Assembly: GCA_950097015.1 (NCBI GenBank)
Contig: CATNEN010000004.1
Span: forward strand, 248,001-312,000
DNA from: Macrostomum hystrix
Lineage: Eukaryota > Animalia > Platyhelminthes
DNA length: 64,000 nt
Direction of reading: 5' to 3'
Part shown: positions 23,797 to 34,257 of the stretch, in pieces
Position numbering within the stretch: the first letter of the stretch is position 1
How the letters are laid out: every line of letters begins with the position of its first letter
Program-made: the position numbers and the translations under genes
The notes under the pieces: model-generated
Seen by the model: only the letters and a program-made list of their open reading frames with translations
Told to the model about the DNA's origin: nothing
Database searches by the model: none

Positions 23797-26700
23797 CTAG
23801 AGCTGCGGTGTCGCGCAGGGGGATCCGGTGGTGCCGGCGTCCGCAGCGCGGTCCTCCTCCGGAGTGTCCAGGAGGTGGAGGGTTGCTCGCCCGGTGGCCC
23901 TCAGGTATCGGACGAGCTGGCAGATGTTCTCAGGCCTGAAAACGTCGGGGAGATCCGGGTTTGGGCCGAGATAGGTGAGCCGGTCCTGAGTGAAGGCGGG
24001 GCAGTCGCAAATAAAATGCTCTGCATCCTCAACATAGGAGAGGCAGAAGGGGCATTCCTCACTGCGGATTTTGCCTTGCAGGAAGCGGTGCCTGGCGAAA
24101 CAGCCATGGCCAGAGAGGGCCATGGTGACTGCCCTGATGTCCTTGCGGTTCAGTCCAAGCAAGGCTTTGCGAAGGGCAGTGGAGGGACAAGGGACAGCAG
24201 CGCGAGACTGCCGACAATCGGCGGTATTGATCCATCTGTCCTTGTGCTTTGAGGTCACCCACTGGTTAATCCGAGTGTTGACGACGGCGGTAGGGGTGGA
24301 GACCGCAGGCACGGGGCCAAAAAGCGAACCCGTCGAACCGGCCTTGGCGAGGCTGTCGGCCAATTCGTTACCAGGGTGGCCAGAGTGCCCTGGAATCCAC
24401 CTTAGGGACACCTTGTTGTGGGTCCCTAAGCGGTTGAGTTGCGCGACGCAGTCAAGGACTGTGCGCGAGCAGGTGTGCGTGCGTCCAAGGGCATGGATCG
24501 CCGCCTGGCTGTCCGAGTGGAGGAAGATTTCTGCTCCATGGACGTTTTGGTAGATCAGCTCCAGGGCGCAGGAGCTGATGGCCAGAACTTCGTTCTGGAA
24601 AACAGTAGAGTTTATGCCGGTGTGCTGGGAGAAGGTCGCCACAGTTTTCCCTCCGGACATAATGCAGTAGCCGAAACCAGAGACCGAGTTGATTTGCGAT
24701 CCGTCGGTGAAGCAGTGAATTTCACGGGGTTGGCCGTGGTCACGTACTTCCTGGCGAGGCGGAATGCTGGTTTTGAATTTTTGCGGTGGGCACAGCGTCG
24801 ACGGGATTCCGTCGGAGAGAATTTTGAGACCTCCTGCTGCGTCCAGGTCCCGTAGGCTGAGGTCGCCATGGGGCTGGAGGTTCCGCTTGCTGAAGGCAAG
24901 TTGCTTCCGGATGGAGATACCCGCGTCCAGAAGACGACGAGCCGTCTTCATCGCCTCCCCCTTGATAAAAAGATCTAAAGGGGGAAGGTCCAGGAAGGCA
25001 TTCATGCCAGCGAAGGGAGTGGAGGGTGCCGCACTCATGATGGCTCGACAAGCACGGCCCTGCACCTTGTTTAGGGCCTCCAGGACCCCTTTGGTCTCCA
25101 GGGCACTATTCCAGATGAAGCCGGCAAAAGAGATGGCCGGTCTTACAATGGTAGTGTAAATCCACCAGAGACGGCGGGGGGTGAGGCCCCAGGTGGCGCC
25201 GAAGGCTCTGCGAATCTGCGCGAGCGTCGCAAGAGCTTTACGGGTTTTGAATTTGACGTGAGGTGTCCAGCTCAACCTGTGGTCGAGGATGACACCTAAG
25301 CATCTGGTTTGCTTCTCCATGGCGATTGGTTTGTTATAGAGAAGGAGAGGCTCAATCCTCCAGTTTCGTTTGCTGGTGAACATAATGGCGACGGTCTTGG
25401 ACTCAGAGAGTTTGAGGCCGCAGCCATTGGCCCAGCGTTCGGCACGGTGGATGAAAGCTTGCAGAAGGTCTCTAAGGACCGGGGGAGACGGTCCGGCCAC
25501 GGTGGCGGTGACGTCGTCAGCATAGCCGATTTTTTGGACCGGGTCCGGGTCAGGGCTGCAGAGCAGTTCGTCCATGACAAGGTTCCAAAGGATCGGACTG
25601 AGAACGCCACCCTGCGGGCCTCCCTTCTGGACATTCACAGAACGGGAGTGTCCAAGCAGGTGCGAGGTGGCAGTTCGGTGAGAGATCATATACATGATCC
25701 AGCGGGTGAGGTGCTCGTGCGTAGCCCGGCGTTCCAGGGCTCGCCTAAAGGCTCCGAAGAGCACATTGTCGAAGGCACCATCAATGTCGAGGAAAAGCGA
25801 GAGAGCAAAACCGGTGCCAAGCACGGCGCGCTCCAGCTTGTCGACAATGGCATGCAGAGCACTTTCGATGGAACGTCCGGATCGAAAGGCGTGCTGGTTG
25901 GCGGAGAGCGGGGAGTTCCTCAGCTCAACGTGAAGGAGGCGCCAAAGAACAAGCCTTTCAAGCAGCTTAAGAAAGAAAGATGTTAAGCTGATGGGGCGGA
26001 AGGCTTTGGCGGAGTGGTAGTCTCCCTTCCCAGGTTTGGGGATGAAGACGATAGTGGCTTCCTGCCAAGACCTGGGTACGTACCCGAGGGTGATACAGGC
26101 CTTGAACAGGTTGCAAAGGAGGCCGAGGAACCTGTCATTTTTTACCGCTTCATGTAGGAAGGCGGGGTAAATGTTGTCAGGTCCAGGCGACTTAAAAGGC
26201 GAGAAGGAGTTTGCAGCGCGAGCTGTCCGTTCTCTAGTGATAATAGTTGTCGCAAGGATGTGTCCACCCGGAGTGTGGTCCGGCGGGTCCTGAAGCGGCG
26301 CAGTCTGGGGGAAGGCGCTGGCGAGCATGATGTCCAGCGATTCGCCAGGATTCTCAGCAAGCCGGCCGTCCGGTCTTTTGATCACTGAGAGCTTCGACAT
26401 TTTGTCAAGAGTGAGCGCTTTTACAACGCGAGAAGTTGGGCGGGCGCCCTCCAGCTCGGAGCAGTATTGGCGCCACTTTTCGGACTTCGCTTTCCTGGTG
26501 TCACGCTTAAAGTCACGAATCGCATTCTGGTAGGCGGTCAGGTCAGCTGGGTCCTTGCTTTTCCGCGCAATCCGCTGGAGGGATTTGGCCTTTCGCCGGA
26601 GGGTTCCAAGCGCTGGGTTCCACCAGGGAGCGGATTTTTTGCCTTTGTAGGCTTTAAGAGGGCAAGAGGTTTCATGAGCTGTCAAGATGGTCATGCTGAG

Positions 26701-27501
26701 TAGATCAGCCAGATCGTCCACTTCTTGACAGGTGGCAGGAACAACGGATTCTAACTGGTTGGTCTGGCGCTTCACGGATTCCGCAAAGGCCGTCCAGTCA
26801 GTATTCCGGGCGTTCCTTCTCCACAGAATACCAGGCTTGGAGTAGGAGCTTTGCAACCGGAAACGAATGAAGCGATGGTCAGACAGAGATTCCTCTTCGT
26901 CCCACACCTGCCAGTTCCTAATCAGAGGGATCAGGCCCTGAGAGGCGAGGGTGGCGTCAAGGACCTCCGTCCATCGTCCATTGTCAAAGGTGGGTGTGCC
27001 ACCCGAGTTGCAGAACTCAATATTTGTGGTGCAGATGTAGGCAAGGAGATCCTCGCCTCTGCAGTTGGAGGTAACACTGCCCCAGTGGGTGTGGTGGGCA
27101 TTTATGTCGCCTGCCACCAGCAGCTCAAAGTCGCGGTCTGAGCAGTAGTCCACGAGGGAAGTGAGACTGGGCGGAACCGCAGGACCGTCACCAGGAATGT
27201 ATATAGAGGCGATGATGACGGTGCGGTTCGGGAGAATGTGGTTGGTTTGGATGACACAGAGGTCTTTGTCAGAGAGGTCTGGTCTATACCAAGCTTTAAG
27301 ATCGGTAGTCGCGAACACAGCAGCCCTGGGGTTTTGGGGCATGAAAAAACAGTCAAAACCAGCAGGAATGTTCGGAATCTTACCTTTCTTCGTCCAGGGC
27401 TCTTGGAGGAGGATGATGCCCGGTTTTTCGAAGTCCACCACACGCGCCAGGTTGGTCGAGGCCGCGATGCAGTGGTGCAGGTTCAGCTGCAGGAAGCTCA
27501 C
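23797..27501 (-). CDS. LINE A ORF2: AP endonuclease, reverse transcriptase, RNase H and C-terminal Zn finger (1234 aa; starts at GTG)
   Basis: APE motifs LQLNLHH, LLQEPW, GDINAHH, SDHRFI; RT motifs KSPGPD, QGGVLSP, YADD; RNase H motifs FTDGS, NEVLAI, DSQAA, WIPGH..GNELAD; CPFC..EHFICDC. Confidence 0.95.
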   Translation of the reverse strand: MSFLQLNLHHCIAASTNLARVVDFEKPGIILLQEPWTKKGKIPNIPAGFDCFFMPQNPRAAVFATTDLKAWYRPDLSDKDLCVIQTNHILPNRTVIIASIYIPGDGPAVPPSLTSLVDYCSDRDFELLVAGDINAHHTHWGSVTSNCRGEDLLAYICTTNIEFCNSGGTPTFDNGRWTEVLDATLASQGLIPLIRNWQVWDEEESLSDHRFIRFRLQSSYSKPGILWRRNARNTDWTAFAESVKRQTNQLESVVPATCQEVDDLADLLSMTILTAHETSCPLKAYKGKKSAPWWNPALGTLRRKAKSLQRIARKSKDPADLTAYQNAIRDFKRDTRKAKSEKWRQYCSELEGARPTSRVVKALTLDKMSKLSVIKRPDGRLAENPGESLDIMLASAFPQTAPLQDPPDHTPGGHILATTIITRERTARAANSFSPFKSPGPDNIYPAFLHEAVKNDRFLGLLCNLFKACITLGYVPRSWQEATIVFIPKPGKGDYHSAKAFRPISLTSFFLKLLERLVLWRLLHVELRNSPLSANQHAFRSGRSIESALHAIVDKLERAVLGTGFALSLFLDIDGAFDNVLFGAFRRALERRATHEHLTRWIMYMISHRTATSHLLGHSRSVNVQKGGPQGGVLSPILWNLVMDELLCSPDPDPVQKIGYADDVTATVAGPSPPVLRDLLQAFIHRAERWANGCGLKLSESKTVAIMFTSKRNWRIEPLLLYNKPIAMEKQTRCLGVILDHRLSWTPHVKFKTRKALATLAQIRRAFGATWGLTPRRLWWIYTTIVRPAISFAGFIWNSALETKGVLEALNKVQGRACRAIMSAAPSTPFAGMNAFLDLPPLDLFIKGEAMKTARRLLDAGISIRKQLAFSKRNLQPHGDLSLRDLDAAGGLKILSDGIPSTLCPPQKFKTSIPPRQEVRDHGQPREIHCFTDGSQINSVSGFGYCIMSGGKTVATFSQHTGINSTVFQNEVLAISSCALELIYQNVHGAEIFLHSDSQAAIHALGRTHTCSRTVLDCVAQLNRLGTHNKVSLRWIPGHSGHPGNELADSLAKAGSTGSLFGPVPAVSTPTAVVNTRINQWVTSKHKDRWINTADCRQSRAAVPCPSTALRKALLGLNRKDIRAVTMALSGHGCFARHRFLQGKIRSEECPFCLSYVEDAEHFICDCPAFTQDRLTYLGPNPDLPDVFRPENICQLVRYLRATGRATLHLLDTPEEDRAADAGTTGSPCATPQL

Positions 27502-27536
27502 CCCAGGAGGGGCGGTCCGTGCGGCTATCTGCTGGC

Positions 27537-29024
27537 CTACGGCGAGTTGTTCAGGAGCGATTCCTCGTCCTCGCCGGTGTTTTGCCCGAGCTCCATCGGT
27601 TCCTCCTGAATCGGATCCAGAGTTGAGGCCGGGGCTGCCGCAACAGCGGCGTCCGTGTCCTCAACCCGGTTTTCCGCTGGGGGTTCCGATGAAACATTGG
27701 GCCGGGTGGTGCTGCGGTGGCGTCCACTGTTGGGGTCCGACAGCTGTCTGGCGCGCTGAGTCAAGCCAGCACGGATGGTGTTGCGGGCGGGTTTCCGGCC
27801 CTTACCACGTCCGCCTGTCGTTGCGGCTCGCGCGGCTTTGCCCCTGATAGGGTCCGCATCCTCGGAGTGGTCGTGACGATCAGGAGTCTGTGTTCCAGGG
27901 CGCAGGGGCCCGGCAGAGCTCTGGTTCGTCCGTTTCCGCTTTTCCGGGGGCGGCGGGCGAGTGGCGTCGGACTCGAAGCTGAAAATCTGCATTCGAGTGA
28001 GGCCTGCACTGATGTAGGACATGTCTGGGCAGCGGAGCATCCAGCTGTCCGACAATCCTAGGATGGCCGTGAAACCGTCTCCACCAGGTCTGGTGATGGT
28101 TTCATGAACCACGACACCGTTTGCTGGCAGATCCGGGTGGATTGCCAACAGCAGGCGGCGCAGTTCTCCGGCGTTGGTGATGGCGCTGCGAGCTGGAATC
28201 CAAACACGATGACGGTGTGTCTGGGGGCGCTCGTCCTCCCTGTAGATAAACAGGTTGCCCATTTCCGTGCCCCAGTCGAAGGATTTCAGCATCTCGAGGA
28301 GTTGCTGTCCGGACTGGTTGTCGGCAGGCTGGACAATGAGGGCTTGGTCCTGGATGTCGGTCTTCAGGACGTGCAGTACAGTGCCGCTCAGTGCCAGTTT
28401 GACCAGATGGGAGTCCAATCTGCGCCAGATCTGGTCGAGTTGCGCTGTTGTGAGGGGCGTCTCCTGGCCTCGGATAACCAAGGCCGGCTGCCTCTTTGCC
28501 ATAGCAGCGTAAGTGCGCTTTGGCCTTGTGGTTTGGCCGGCGCCTCCCGCAACGGGCCCCCCAGCAGTCGTCGGAGTTTCCGGATGACTGTGAGAGGTTC
28601 CGCCGCGAGAGGAACCGGATGCCCCAGAGGCCTGGGCGGCACTTTTCCGCGCTTCCGGATTTCCCGGACGGCGCGAGGAGTCCGCCTCCTTGTTGGGTGC
28701 CGGTTCCTCCGCGATGTTCGCAGAGTTGCCGGCCCCCTCCTCGGGGGCGGTGGTTGGCGCGGATTTCGCAGCCAACCGTACTTCCTGTTTTCGCCGCCGG
28801 AATTCCTGGAGGCGGGCGAGGCTGCGGGCTTGCGTGGAAGGGGAGCGTTTGCTCTTTGATCCAGCCGCTCTGGTGTTTTCCTGAGTGGCGGAGGAGCAGG
28901 ATGAATTTTGGGCGCCGGTGGAACCGGTGTCGCCCTGGCGCTGGTCCTGAGGATCTGCGTCGCCGGCCGGGGTCGGCGTTTCAGCAGGGTCCTGGGACGT
29001 GCTGGAGCTGTAGTGGGACTCCAT
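27537..29024 (-). CDS. LINE A ORF1 (495 aa); central domain resembles LOA-clade ORF1 (DUF4780-like); no CCHC knuckles
   Basis: ATG-initiated ORF directly upstream of ORF2. The central block [28 protein letters not shown] aligns with ORF1 of copy B. The DUF4780 assignment is from memory of the family pattern. Confidence 0.8.
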   Translation of the reverse strand: MESHYSSSTSQDPAETPTPAGDADPQDQRQGDTGSTGAQNSSCSSATQENTRAAGSKSKRSPSTQARSLARLQEFRRRKQEVRLAAKSAPTTAPEEGAGNSANIAEEPAPNKEADSSRRPGNPEARKSAAQASGASGSSRGGTSHSHPETPTTAGGPVAGGAGQTTRPKRTYAAMAKRQPALVIRGQETPLTTAQLDQIWRRLDSHLVKLALSGTVLHVLKTDIQDQALIVQPADNQSGQQLLEMLKSFDWGTEMGNLFIYREDERPQTHRHRVWIPARSAITNAGELRRLLLAIHPDLPANGVVVHETITRPGGDGFTAILGLSDSWMLRCPDMSYISAGLTRMQIFSFESDATRPPPPEKRKRTNQSSAGPLRPGTQTPDRHDHSEDADPIRGKAARAATTGGRGKGRKPARNTIRAGLTQRARQLSDPNSGRHRSTTRPNVSSEPPAENRVEDTDAAVAAAPASTLDPIQEEPMELGQNTGEDEESLLNNSP

Positions 29025-29154
29025 AGGTCGCTGGAAAAAGAGAAAGAAGAGAATAAAAATAAAAACCGCTAATGGCCGGATAGACTCCCCGGACCTTTCA
29101 GCCCCTCAGCGCGGTGAGACCTTAGGCATAAGAGGACACCTAAAGCAGTGCCAG

Positions 29155-29598
29155 GCCCGCAGACTGGCTGCGTACCCTGTTGAGGTCGAAGGGTGACACC
29201 TGTCCCTCAGAGCCGTAGCCAGAGGTACCTGATCACGCACAGGTGCGCGAGACGCTGCGGACTGGCCGCATACCCTGTTAAGGTCAAAGGGTGACACCTT
29301 TCCCTCAGAGCCGTAGCCAGAGGCACCTGATCACGCACAGGTGCACGAAAACTGCGGACTGGCCGCATACCCTGTTAAGGTCAAAGGGTGACACCTTTCC
29401 CTCAGAGCCGTAGCCAGAGGTACCTGATCACGCACAGGTGCGCGAGACGCTGCGGACTGGCCGCATACCCTGTCAAGGTCAAAGGGTAACACCTCTCCCT
29501 CAGAGCCGTAGCCAGAGGTACCTGATCACGCACAGGTGCACGAAAGCTGCGGACTCGCCGCATACCCTGTTAAGGTCAAAGGGTGACACCTTTCCCTC
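29155..29598 (-). repeat. LINE A 5' UTR monomer array: ~4.5 copies of a 97-98-bp unit
   Basis: C(G/A)GACT(G/C)G anchors at 29160, 29258, 29355, 29453 and 29550. Confidence 0.9.
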
Positions 29599-29660
29599 CA
29601 GCCAGGGCTAGAGGTACCCAGTTTGGCCAGAGGCCCTGGATGGGTCATCCAGCGCTGTTG

Positions 29661-29886
29661 CCCATTCTGTCCGGCTGCCCTAGGGTCAGCCTTGAACACT
29701 CGCGGGACGTGTACCCATGGGTCAGCTGACGGGACAGCGTGGAGGGATCCCTGCACCCGGAGGTACAGGGCTCCTTCCTGCCAGGCCTGCTCAAAAAACG
29801 ACTGCAGGTGTGAGGCATCGCAGACCTTAGCCCGTAGGCCTGGTCTGACTCATACCACACAGGCATTGTGTCCCGCCGGTGCGAGC
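29661..29886 (-). ncRNA. Predicted HDV-like (CPEB3-type) self-cleaving ribozyme at the LINE A 5' terminus
   Basis: P1 GCUCGC/GCGAGU; P2 CCCAU/AUGGG; P3 GGG/CCC; L3 UACACGU; P1.1 AC/GU; P4 GGCUG..CAGCC; J4/2 C-A-G-A with candidate catalytic C at 29669. G1 is the element boundary. Manual fold only. Confidence 0.7.
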
Positions 29887-30710
29887 CTCCCACTCTCCTA
29901 CTCTCCCACTCTCTCTACTCTCCCACTCTCCTACTCTCCTACTCTCTGTACTCTCCCACTCTCTCTACTCTGCCACTCTCCTACTCTCCTACTCTCTCTA
30001 CTCTCCCACTCTCTCTACTCTCCCACTCTCTCTACTCTCCCACTCTCTCTACTCTCCCACTCTCTCTACTCTCCCACTCTCTCTACTCTCCCACTCTCCT
30101 ACTCCCCTACTCTCTCTACTCTCCCACTCTCTCTACTCTCCCACTCTCACTACTCTCCCACTCTTTCTACTCTCCCACTCTCTCTACTCTCCCACTCTCA
30201 CTACTCTCCCACTCTTTCTACTCTCCCACTCTCCTACTCCCCTACTCTCTCTACTCTCCCACTCTCTCTACTCTCCCACTCTCTCTACTCTCCCACTCTC
30301 TCTACTCTCCCACTCTCCTACTCCCCTACTCTCTCTACTCTCCCACTCTCTCTACTCTCCCACTCTCCTACTCCCCTACTCTCTCTACTCTCCCACTCTC
30401 TCTACTCTCCCACTCTCTCTACTCTCCCACTCTCTCTACTCTCCCACTCTCTCTACTCTCCCACTCTCTCTACTCTCCCACTCTCTCTACTCTCCCACTC
30501 TCTCTACTCTCCCACTCTCTCTACTCTCCCACTCTCTCTACTCTCCCACTCTCTCTACTCTCCCACTCTCTCTACTCTCCCACTCTCTCTACTCTCCCAC
30601 TCTCTCTACTCTCCCACTCTCCTACTCTCCCCATTCTACCCACACCCACTCTCCCCCTTCCCACTCTCTTACTTCCCCACACTACCAAACTCCCACACTC
30701 CCACTCTCCC
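29887..30710. repeat. 17-bp CT-rich minisatellite, right part
   Basis: Continuation of the array at 23290-23703. Confidence 0.9.
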
Positions 30711-31451
30711 AAGATTTTCTGCCTTGGTCCTGTTTGATGTGGGCCTCCGCAGACTCAACTACCGCGCAGACTCGCACGGCCAATTTCCATTTCCTAGAAA
30801 GATCAATATTTCTGTCGCATTTATTCTTTCTCGCATCCTCAGCCGAGGATCCGGCTTAAAAACGGCCACTTTGGCCGTCTGAGCACACTAAAATGACGGG
30901 GAGCTTGGGCTGGGAGCAAGTGTATTGAGCGACTTAACTGCCGCACTTAACTCCCGTCCACTGCGGCTATGCTCAACTGCTAAATAGCGCCACCGGCTGT
31001 AATAATCTCGGACAGATATACGAGTACGGCCGTAAATTATGGTGAGCACCAACTTCCTGCCAATAAAATTTCGGCTGAGCAGAAGTCCCGGTTCCCCCGT
31101 CGGCAGAAAATCTATTCCTGCTACGGCGAAACCACCCGAGGATTATCCCAGCAGAACTGTTGCTTCTCAGGATCTGCCAGAATTTAATTCTCCCACTCTA
31201 AAGCTGGATCTTCTAGCTATTGCTCTAGCTCAGAACGTGATTTTTCCATTTAGCAGCTCATAGGCCACAGGCCTTCTGTCGCATTCTGTCGCATTCTCCT
31301 CTACAGGAGTGTCTTAGCGCCTTCTGCCCTGCGTGCCAACTTGCTCAGCTGGTCTGCTGCCAAACCAGATGAGAGTTCCGATTCGGGTGGAATAGCAGAA
31401 TTTTTTAAGACTTGCTTGTATTATTGCTTGAGCTGAATCCAAATTTGAGCA

Positions 31452-32985
31452 GAGACCCCTGACAGCTCATTTGAGACTCCCCTGACAGCCCATTCGAGAC
31501 TCCCCTGACAGCTCATTTGAGACTCCCCTGACAGCTCATTTGAGACTCCCCTGACAGCTCATTTGAGACTCCCCTGACAGCTCATTTGAGACTCCCCTGA
31601 CAGCTCATTCGAGACTCCCCTGACAGCTCATTTGAGACTCCCCTGACAGCTCATTCGAGACTCCCCTGACAGCTCATTTGAGAATCCCTGACAGCCCATT
31701 CGAGACTCCCCTGACAGCTCATTTGAGACTCCCCTGACAGCCCATTCGAGACTCCCCTGACAGCTCATTCGAGACTCCCCTGACAGCTCATTTGAGACTC
31801 CCCTGACAGCCCATTCGAGACTCCCCTGACAGCCCATTCGAGACTCCCCTGACAGCTCATTTGAGACTCCCCTGACAGCCCATTCGAGACTCCCCTGACA
31901 GCTCATTCGAGACTCCCCTGACAGCCCATTCGAGACTCCCCTGACAGCCCATTCGAGACTCCCCTGACAGCCCATTCGAGACTCCCCTGACAGCTCATTC
32001 GAGACTCCCCTGACAGCTCATTTGAGACTCCCCTGACAGCCCATTCGAGACTCCCCTGACAGCTCATTCGAGACTCCCCTGACAGCTCATTCGAGACTCC
32101 CCTGACAGCCCATTCGAGACTCCCCTGACAGCCCATTCGAGACTCCCCTGACAGCTCATTCGAGACTCCCCTGACAGCCCATTCGAGACTCCCCTGACAG
32201 CTCATTTGAGACTCCCCTGACAGCTCATTCGAGACTCCCCTGACAGCCCATTCGAGACTCCCCTGACAGCTCATTCGAGACTCCCCTGACAGCTCATTCG
32301 AGACTCCCCTGACAGCTCATTTGAGACTCCCTGACAGCTCATTCGAGACTCCCCTGACAGCTCATTTGAGACTCCCCTGACAGCTCATTTGAGACTCCCC
32401 TGACAGCCCATTCGAGACTCCCCTGACAGCTCATTCGAGACTCCCCTGACAGCCCATTCGAGACTCCCCTGACAGCTCATTCGAGACTCCCCTGACAGCT
32501 CATTCGAGACTCCCCTGACAGCTCATTCGAGACTCCCCTGACAGCCCATTCGAGACTCCCCTGACAGCCCATTCGAGACTCCCCTGACAGCTCATTCGAG
32601 ACTCCCCTGACAGCCCATTCGAGACTCCCCTGACAGCTCATTTGAGACTCCCCTGACAGCCCATTCGAGACTCCCCTGACAGCTCATTTGAGACTCCCCT
32701 GACAGCCCATTCGAGACTCCCCTGACAGCTCATTTGAGACTCCCCTGACAGCCCATTCGAGACTCCCCTGACAGCTCATTTGAGACTCCCTGACAGCTCA
32801 TTCGAGACTCCCCTGACAGCTCATTTGAGACTCCCCTGACACCTTCTTTGAGACTCTCACACCTTCTTTAAGATTCTCACACCTTCTTTAAGACTCTCAC
32901 AACTTCATTGAGATTCTCACACTTGCTTTAAGACTTTCACACATTCTTTAAGATTCTCGCACCTTCTTTAAGACTCTCACACCTC
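31452..32985. repeat. 23-bp minisatellite (GAGACTCCCCTGACAGCTCATTT), grading into a degenerate 20-bp unit after ~32845
   Basis: About 60 tandem copies. Confidence 0.95.
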
Positions 32986-33090
32986 AACTCCTGCAGCACT
33001 AGCAGCAGCAACCACCTGAAAAGGCAAGCCAGGGTGGGAAGGGGTGGAATAGTGGCGTGAGTGGCCATATTCTATTTCCCCTTCTCCATT

Positions 33091-33530
33091 CTAACCGGCG
33101 CCAAAAAATGCTGCGCTTGCTTTATTGACGCCCGAAATCCTTCGACCGCGCTGATGCACGCGGCGAAGCGGGGCAACGAGGAGCTGGCGCAGCTGCTGGT
33201 GCACGAAGCCAAATAAAATTTGGATCTCGTCACAAAAATAGATCATGAATTTGGGATTTCGATATATTGGGGTCTCGTCAAATATTTTCAAATTGGGACC
33301 TCAAAGGCGACACCCGCCTGCTGTCGAGGAAAAAAAACTCCGGCTTGTCGGCCATTGATATCAGCGACCTACCAGAAGGTGTTCGAGGCTGCTGGAGCGC
33401 TTCGGGCTTCTCTGGACGTCTATCCCCGCCGATCGCACAAGAACGGCTACTGCCTGGTGCTGAACCAGAAGTACAATTATCCATACTACAAGCACGAAGT
33501 GGACATGAAAATGATGCGAAAAGGACGCGA
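33091..33530 (+). pseudogene. Disrupted ankyrin-repeat plus caspase-p20-like gene fragment
   Basis: FIDARNPSTALMHAAKRGNEELAQLLVHEAK (ankyrin), a ~90-bp foreign insert at 33214-33305, then in frame GDTRLLSRKKNSGLSAIDI. After a frameshift comes DVYPRRSHKNGYCLVLNQ..HEVDMKMM, resembling a caspase N-terminal strand. Confidence 0.45.
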
Positions 33531-33559
33531 AATAGCCATATTACTCCGCAGCAATCTCT

Positions 33560-33790
33560 CTCCGCAGCCAGCTCACTCCACAGCCACCTAAATCCGCAGC
33601 CACCTCACTCCGCAGCCACCTCACTCCGCAGCCACCTCACTCCGCAGCCACCTAAATCCACAGCCACCTCACTCCACAGCCACCTCACTCCACAGCCACC
33701 TCACTCCGTAGTCATTTGAAGCCGCAGACTCTATAATGGCCACCTCACTCTGTTGCTACTTGACTTCGAAGCCACCTCACACCACAGCTA
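33560..33790. repeat. 16-bp repeat (CAGCCACCTCACTCCG), decaying
   Basis: About 10 recognisable copies. Confidence 0.8.
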
Positions 33791-34257
33791 ATCTACTCGT
33801 AAAATATTACTAAATTGACCAATCTAGTTTCCTAAGCAGGAATCTGGAGTGTCTAACTATCACTGATTCCAATAATCCCCAAATTATGCGCACTAAAATG
33901 CAGTACTTCCAGAAGCCGTTACCCAGATGAAGCTACCACAGCCGTCCTTCTATATACGCGCATGCAATGGCACTCAAAGCAAGTAGGGAATCAAAATCAA
34001 AATAAGAGTAAAATAAAAATCTTCATTTGTGGAAGACAAATGATTGTCTATCCGACATGGTATCAAAGTACGCCGATCCAAATGGTGTCATTTGTCATTT
34101 GTCAGTGTCAAACAAAATAAGCATAAATTGACAGCATAGTTATAAGCGGAGCGCCGTGAAGCCAGACTGTTGCAATGCAGCCGGATGTAACAGATACCAG
34201 GTTGTTTTAGCTCGTTTATAATTGGTCCGGTGCCAAACTATGACATCTACGAGAATT

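Larger units (their letters stand above)
23704..29886 (-). mobile_element. Full-length non-LTR retrotransposon (LOA/R1-type LINE, copy A), 6183 bp, both ORFs open
   Basis: 12-bp TSD CTCCCACTCTCC at 23692-23703 and 29887-29898. 3' tail of AAGTCAAGT-type repeats, ORF1 plus ORF2, and a 5' UTR with a monomer array. Confidence 0.95.

Noticed and set aside
29155-29598. 97-bp monomers as tandem ribozymes (HDV, hammerhead, twister, pistol)
   Set aside because: Only simple hairpins were found; I could not place the conserved catalytic cores of any of these classes on either strand.
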